Assembly (NCBI GenBank): GCA_003693705.1
Contig: RBZT01000423.1
Span: forward strand, 62,001-126,000
Length of the DNA: 64,000 nt
Origin: Polymyxa betae A26-41
Taxonomy: Eukaryota; Protista; Endomyxa: Phytomyxea
Direction of reading: 5' to 3'
Made by a program: the position numbers and the translations under genes. How positions within the stretch are numbered: position 1 is the stretch's first letter; each line of letters begins with the position of its first letter. Positions 60,291 to 64,000 of the stretch are shown piece by piece. The notes beneath the pieces are model-generated. The model did not search any database. It worked only from the letters and a program-made list of their open reading frames with translations, and was not told the origin of the DNA.

Positions 60291-60485
60291 AATTACACTG
60301 TCTTCTTGGAGACGTGTTAACTGCTGTAATGTTACCTGCTTATATTATGCAATCCGCTACGTGATCTTTCCCTTGCTTACAATTACACTGTCTTCTTGCA
60401 AACTGTTGTAATGTTACCTGCGTTAACTGCTGAAATGCTACCTGCTTAATTCTGCGTTCTGCTACTTGATCTTTCCCTTGCTTGT
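60291..60485. repeat. Two-copy degenerate tandem duplication (about 90 and 105 nt) with an internal sub-repeat
   Basis: aattacactgtcttcttg at 60291 and 60381; tgatctttcccttgctt closes both units; aactgYtgWaatgYtacctgc occurs three times. Confidence 0.85.
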
Positions 60486-60791
60486 TAGCATCATGTCCCT
60501 CCAACCATGTTTCCAATTGGAGTCCTATCTGACAATGCGATGCAGTATGATCTCATGATCTCGTTTGACAACCAACCCATAACTATCAATAACTGACCTT
60601 GTCGTTTATTGTAATCAATGCATATTATTCACTACCATACGTATAATAATCAGCCTGTTCGAATAACATTTTCCCCTCTATTACCCGAACTACTGAGTTT
60701 GAACAAAGCAAATAACCTGTCTTTATTAGTTTTGCGTCAACAATCCCAGCGATATTAACATGACAGGTTCTCCTGTTTGGCGTAAATAATA

Positions 60792-62837
60792 TTAAGTGTT
60801 GGCTTTAAGGTAAAACAGCATATAAGCTTGTGATGATAGAACGTCTCGTTCCGACTTTTTCGTGATTTTGGCGTCGTCGCATTTGTACCTAACAATGGAT
60901 TAGTTGTAAAGCCGCCTGCCGCCTTGCACTGCGACTATCTACCATTGCTGTTGTCGGCGAATATAGGCGATGTAATGGCCGGATTCCGAAGATCCTTTAT
61001 GTTCGACGACGGCAAACAGATTATACACAAACACTCCAAGCTGGATCTCGCTCCTGGCTACGGAAGGATCTGAGACGTACGAAGATAGATCAAGATGATT
61101 GATTGGGAACGAGATATAGGCGTCCAGTTTTGTCGATTGAGAAGCAGAATGACCTAAATGCTTGAATCGCTAATTGAAACGTCAGTTGGCCGATAATGTG
61201 GTTTGAGCGGCAATGAACCTTTAGATGAATCGTCAAGACTGTGGGCAGTGTATGAATAGAGAGCTGTTTCGTACTGAATTGATGAGCCTGACAATTGTGA
61301 CACAGAAACTTATCAGATAGCCTCTCAGGTTGTGTAAACCTATCATTGATGACGTCGACAAGCAAAACACAGCTACTTAAACATACCGATCAAAGCAATC
61401 GATCAACGTCTGAGGCTGTAGGCTGCTCGGATGCAGAGCGGTCAGATCAACGGCAATCTCCAAGAGAGGATCATACGCCGTATACGTTGAGAGACAGTTC
61501 AGGCACGTCACAACTGAACGGAACTTGCCGCCGAATGTCTGCAAACGATCGTATCATCAACCAGAGCGCAGCATAAGACGCTCGAACACTCAACAAACGC
61601 CTTCTGCGAAATTCGAAATGGCTGAAGAAGCCAGAACCAATTTACCCGATGAACGACGCAATCGCAATCTGACAAGATGGTGCCGCCACATCGTGAGTGA
61701 AGCGCATCAAGCAACGAGATGAGGAACTCGTGAGCGTCCTGCTGCTCGTAACCGGCCAGATGTGACGCATGCGACCACATGGCGCAAAGGAACTGATGGG
61801 GGGCGTACGGCTCCGTCTCACCATGAAACGCCTTCTCGAAGATCAGGTCCATATCGCATCCCAGACACAACGCATCGCCATGCGACGAACACTAATTGGT
61901 TTTTGAACGAGCAGTAGAAACCGTCAACGAATACCGACCTTGTTACGATTATGACCATCTCTCAGGAAAAAGTCACGAATGAGAGGATTGTGCACCAGAG
62001 TCTGTAAGACGACATTCATGAAGCACCTGTCCGTTCACGTTAACAAGTTCATCTGGACGATCGACGATCTGAGAATACGTGTTGCCAAGGTTCAGCATTC
62101 CCCGAAGACCACAGTACCCGCTCTTGTCGCGTTTCATTGAGAAATGCCAGAACCCGACATTACGCTGAGCTTCCAGCCGGGGCGACGTCTCGTCTCTGGC
62201 CACAATCAACCTGTACGATTCCCTCTCTCGCTGGGACCTGGAACGCAGAATTAACAAGGAACTCTTGAAAGAAAAGATTTTAGCAGAAAAGAAAACGCAA
62301 ACCAGAGTTGCTTACATGTTTTCCAGACGCATCTGTTTTTGGAAGGACGAATCGATACTGCTATCATAAACGTAATCGTTGCAATGAAAGCAGAAGACGT
62401 GAAGACGGCGAAGCTCCAACGCTTTTTAAAAAAAATGTCAAAAAATTATGATCGTGGTTAGTGTGAGACCACCAACCAAGATAATGGGATTTAGAGCGAG
62501 CATGATCCTGAATATGTCTGTTCTCCCAACAACCAATGAATACACATTCCAGGCATGCGTGCAGAAAATTGCTGCCTAAATTACAGGTGAAACAGTGTGG
62601 CACCCGAACCTGATACCAGAGAACGTCAGAATGAGTGTTTGGCAAGCGACAGAAATTTAGCAGGGCGAGCGAGCTGTCTTCAACGTGAGCGATTCGAAGG
62701 CTTACTTTGGCATTTCTATCGCTTCCGAAAGCGAAACGCAGCAGGACGTCCAGATTGCGGAATCCACCAGCGGCGGCAAATGCAGTGACGTGGCGACATT
62801 CGGGCGCCTGATAGGCAGGCGGCGTCATGCCTGCCAT
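60792..62837 (-). CDS. USP22: Ubiquitin-specific protease USP22/UBP8 (SAGA DUB module) with zf-UBP
   Basis: zf-UBP HACLECVFIGCW...HIQDHA; GLRGMLNLGNT|CFMN; HLAGYEQQDAHEFL; CDCVVHR; RFTQPERL; KQLSIHTLP.VL.IHLK; SGHYIAYIR; AYMLFY. Confidence 0.95.
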
Positions 62838-63571
62838 GACAGCGCCCTGCGACGACAGCGACGCCTCTGATAAGGTTGCGCAATCCGGGCCCGTCCTACT
62901 GCTCGCCGTTGGCGGCGTCGGCCGACGACGAGAGAGACGTCCCGCCAGCTTTCCTGATGCCTGCTGTCAGAGGGGTGCTCAACTCCTTCTTCGGACGTAT
63001 TCGCAAATGAGGCTGGCTATCCGAACACCATTCATTTGAACGTGAAGGGCGACGGCTTGGCTTGATGCGACGTTCAAGATTGGGAGTTGCTGTGGTCAGA
63101 AGAAACAAGTTAAATGGCAAAAATCTAAACAATTCAGTTTAGTTGGCGGCTTCAACTGTGTTAGATGACCTTACGGGCATGGCAACATGGCTTTGCAATG
63201 AATCCGTGATGTGAGATGACAGGCTTTATCTGATATAACACTTCACTTCATTGAGTGCCGTAATGTATGTCGCGATTACATCAGATGCTGGACATTCTTC
63301 AGAATCACATTCGAAACAAAAACCATGATAAACTGGTACTGAATGGATGCAGATCACTTTGGCAGGCCTCAACTATGCCGTTTATTTTTGTAAGAGGACT
63401 TGATTTGTCGTTTGCTGATTTTATCGAACTCTGCTGTCAGGGTTACAAGAAAGAAAGTCTTCGAAAGGATATTGCTGTTAGAACAGTGAGCACATCTGGT
63501 TTCTCGGAACCAAGGTGAGGTGTCGCTTCAGTCGTTGCGCGACGCATTCTGCGAACGCGGGCTCGTCCAGA

Positions 63572-64000
63572 TTACGCTTTTCCGCCGCCGGATTTAAATC
63601 TGGAGCGGCTTCGACGAAATGACGGTTCCGGTGTCGAGGCGGACGTCGGATAGCGCGAATGGCCTCGGTATGCCATTGCCATTGAAGGATGACCATTCTG
63701 ATTATAAATCGCCCTTAGTGAGCTCATGCATGTTTCTTGTCTGAACTCAGAATCTGACAATATCATTTCTGCAGCAATATCTCGAATCGGTGTCGGCTTC
63801 CAAACCGTCTTCGAAAAAACCATCCTTGTTCCTGAACACGAAGTTTACCACTGCCGTTCTTGTCGCCTGCCTTGCAATGGCAACATCTGTTTGGTTCTGG
63901 CCGAGGCAGTCTCTACAATTCACAAAACCGAAAGTCGCTCTTTGTTCATTCAACGAACTCGCAGTTGAAATGCTATTTAAGGATATACACTCGGTATTGT
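63572..64000 (-). CDS. Possible 3' end of a minus-strand gene running off the window
   Basis: ORF 63747-63953 can splice (gtcag...aatcag) to NGHPSMAMAYRG...SGGGKA*. No homology recognised. Confidence 0.3.

Noticed and set aside
2697-62837. Functional cluster of ubiquitin/SUMO genes (SKP1, ZUFSP, RING, ULP1, USP22) or Pol II factors (SCP, RPAP1, INTS6)
   Set aside because: These are large functional classes, scattered and interleaved with unrelated genes; chance is sufficient.
1-64000. Prokaryotic-style operon, defence system or CRISPR array
   Set aside because: Genes are spliceosomal-intron-rich eukaryotic homologs; no regularly spaced direct repeats or cas-like ORFs were seen.
1-64000. Alternative genetic code or stop readthrough to explain fragmented ORFs
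   Set aside because: In the conserved genes I traced, frame breaks are resolved by short GT-AG introns, and TAA, TAG and TGA all serve as true stops.

Overview
This is a gene-dense eukaryotic nuclear window, not prokaryotic. About 30 protein-coding genes sit on both strands, most broken by many short (roughly 40-65 nt) GT-AG introns with weak splice signals, which is why the ORF track is fragmented. Intergenic gaps are often under 120 nt. The style fits a compact protist genome; a plasmodiophorid/Rhizaria-like organism is a guess, not something the sequence proves. Genes recognised by splicing exons by eye, in order: NUS1 (partial), Hikeshi/OPI10, SKP1, SCP-type HAD phosphatase, class I myosin with SH3 and WW domains, a 690-730 aa orphan, AspH-family hydroxylase, Rab GGTase beta, ZUFSP/Mug105 deubiquitinase, two cold-shock proteins, a decayed Kv-beta-type aldo-keto reductase pseudogene, a CUB membrane protein, DBP7, POL5/MYBBP1A, a small telobox-Myb protein, METTL22, RPAP1, RING and ankyrin proteins, ATP synthase epsilon, INTS6, a C2H2 factor with internal repeats, ULP1/SENP and USP22/UBP8. 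I found no rRNA, tRNA, CRISPR array or intact mobile element. No multi-gene novel system is supported. The best leads are individual items: the SH3+WW myosin I with an acidic TEDS site, the minimal telobox-Myb protein missed by the ORF track, a hairpin-rich element upstream of the orphan ORF, a small MAPK-docking-motif protein, and hidden pseudogenes. Exon boundaries and some start codons are manual estimates.
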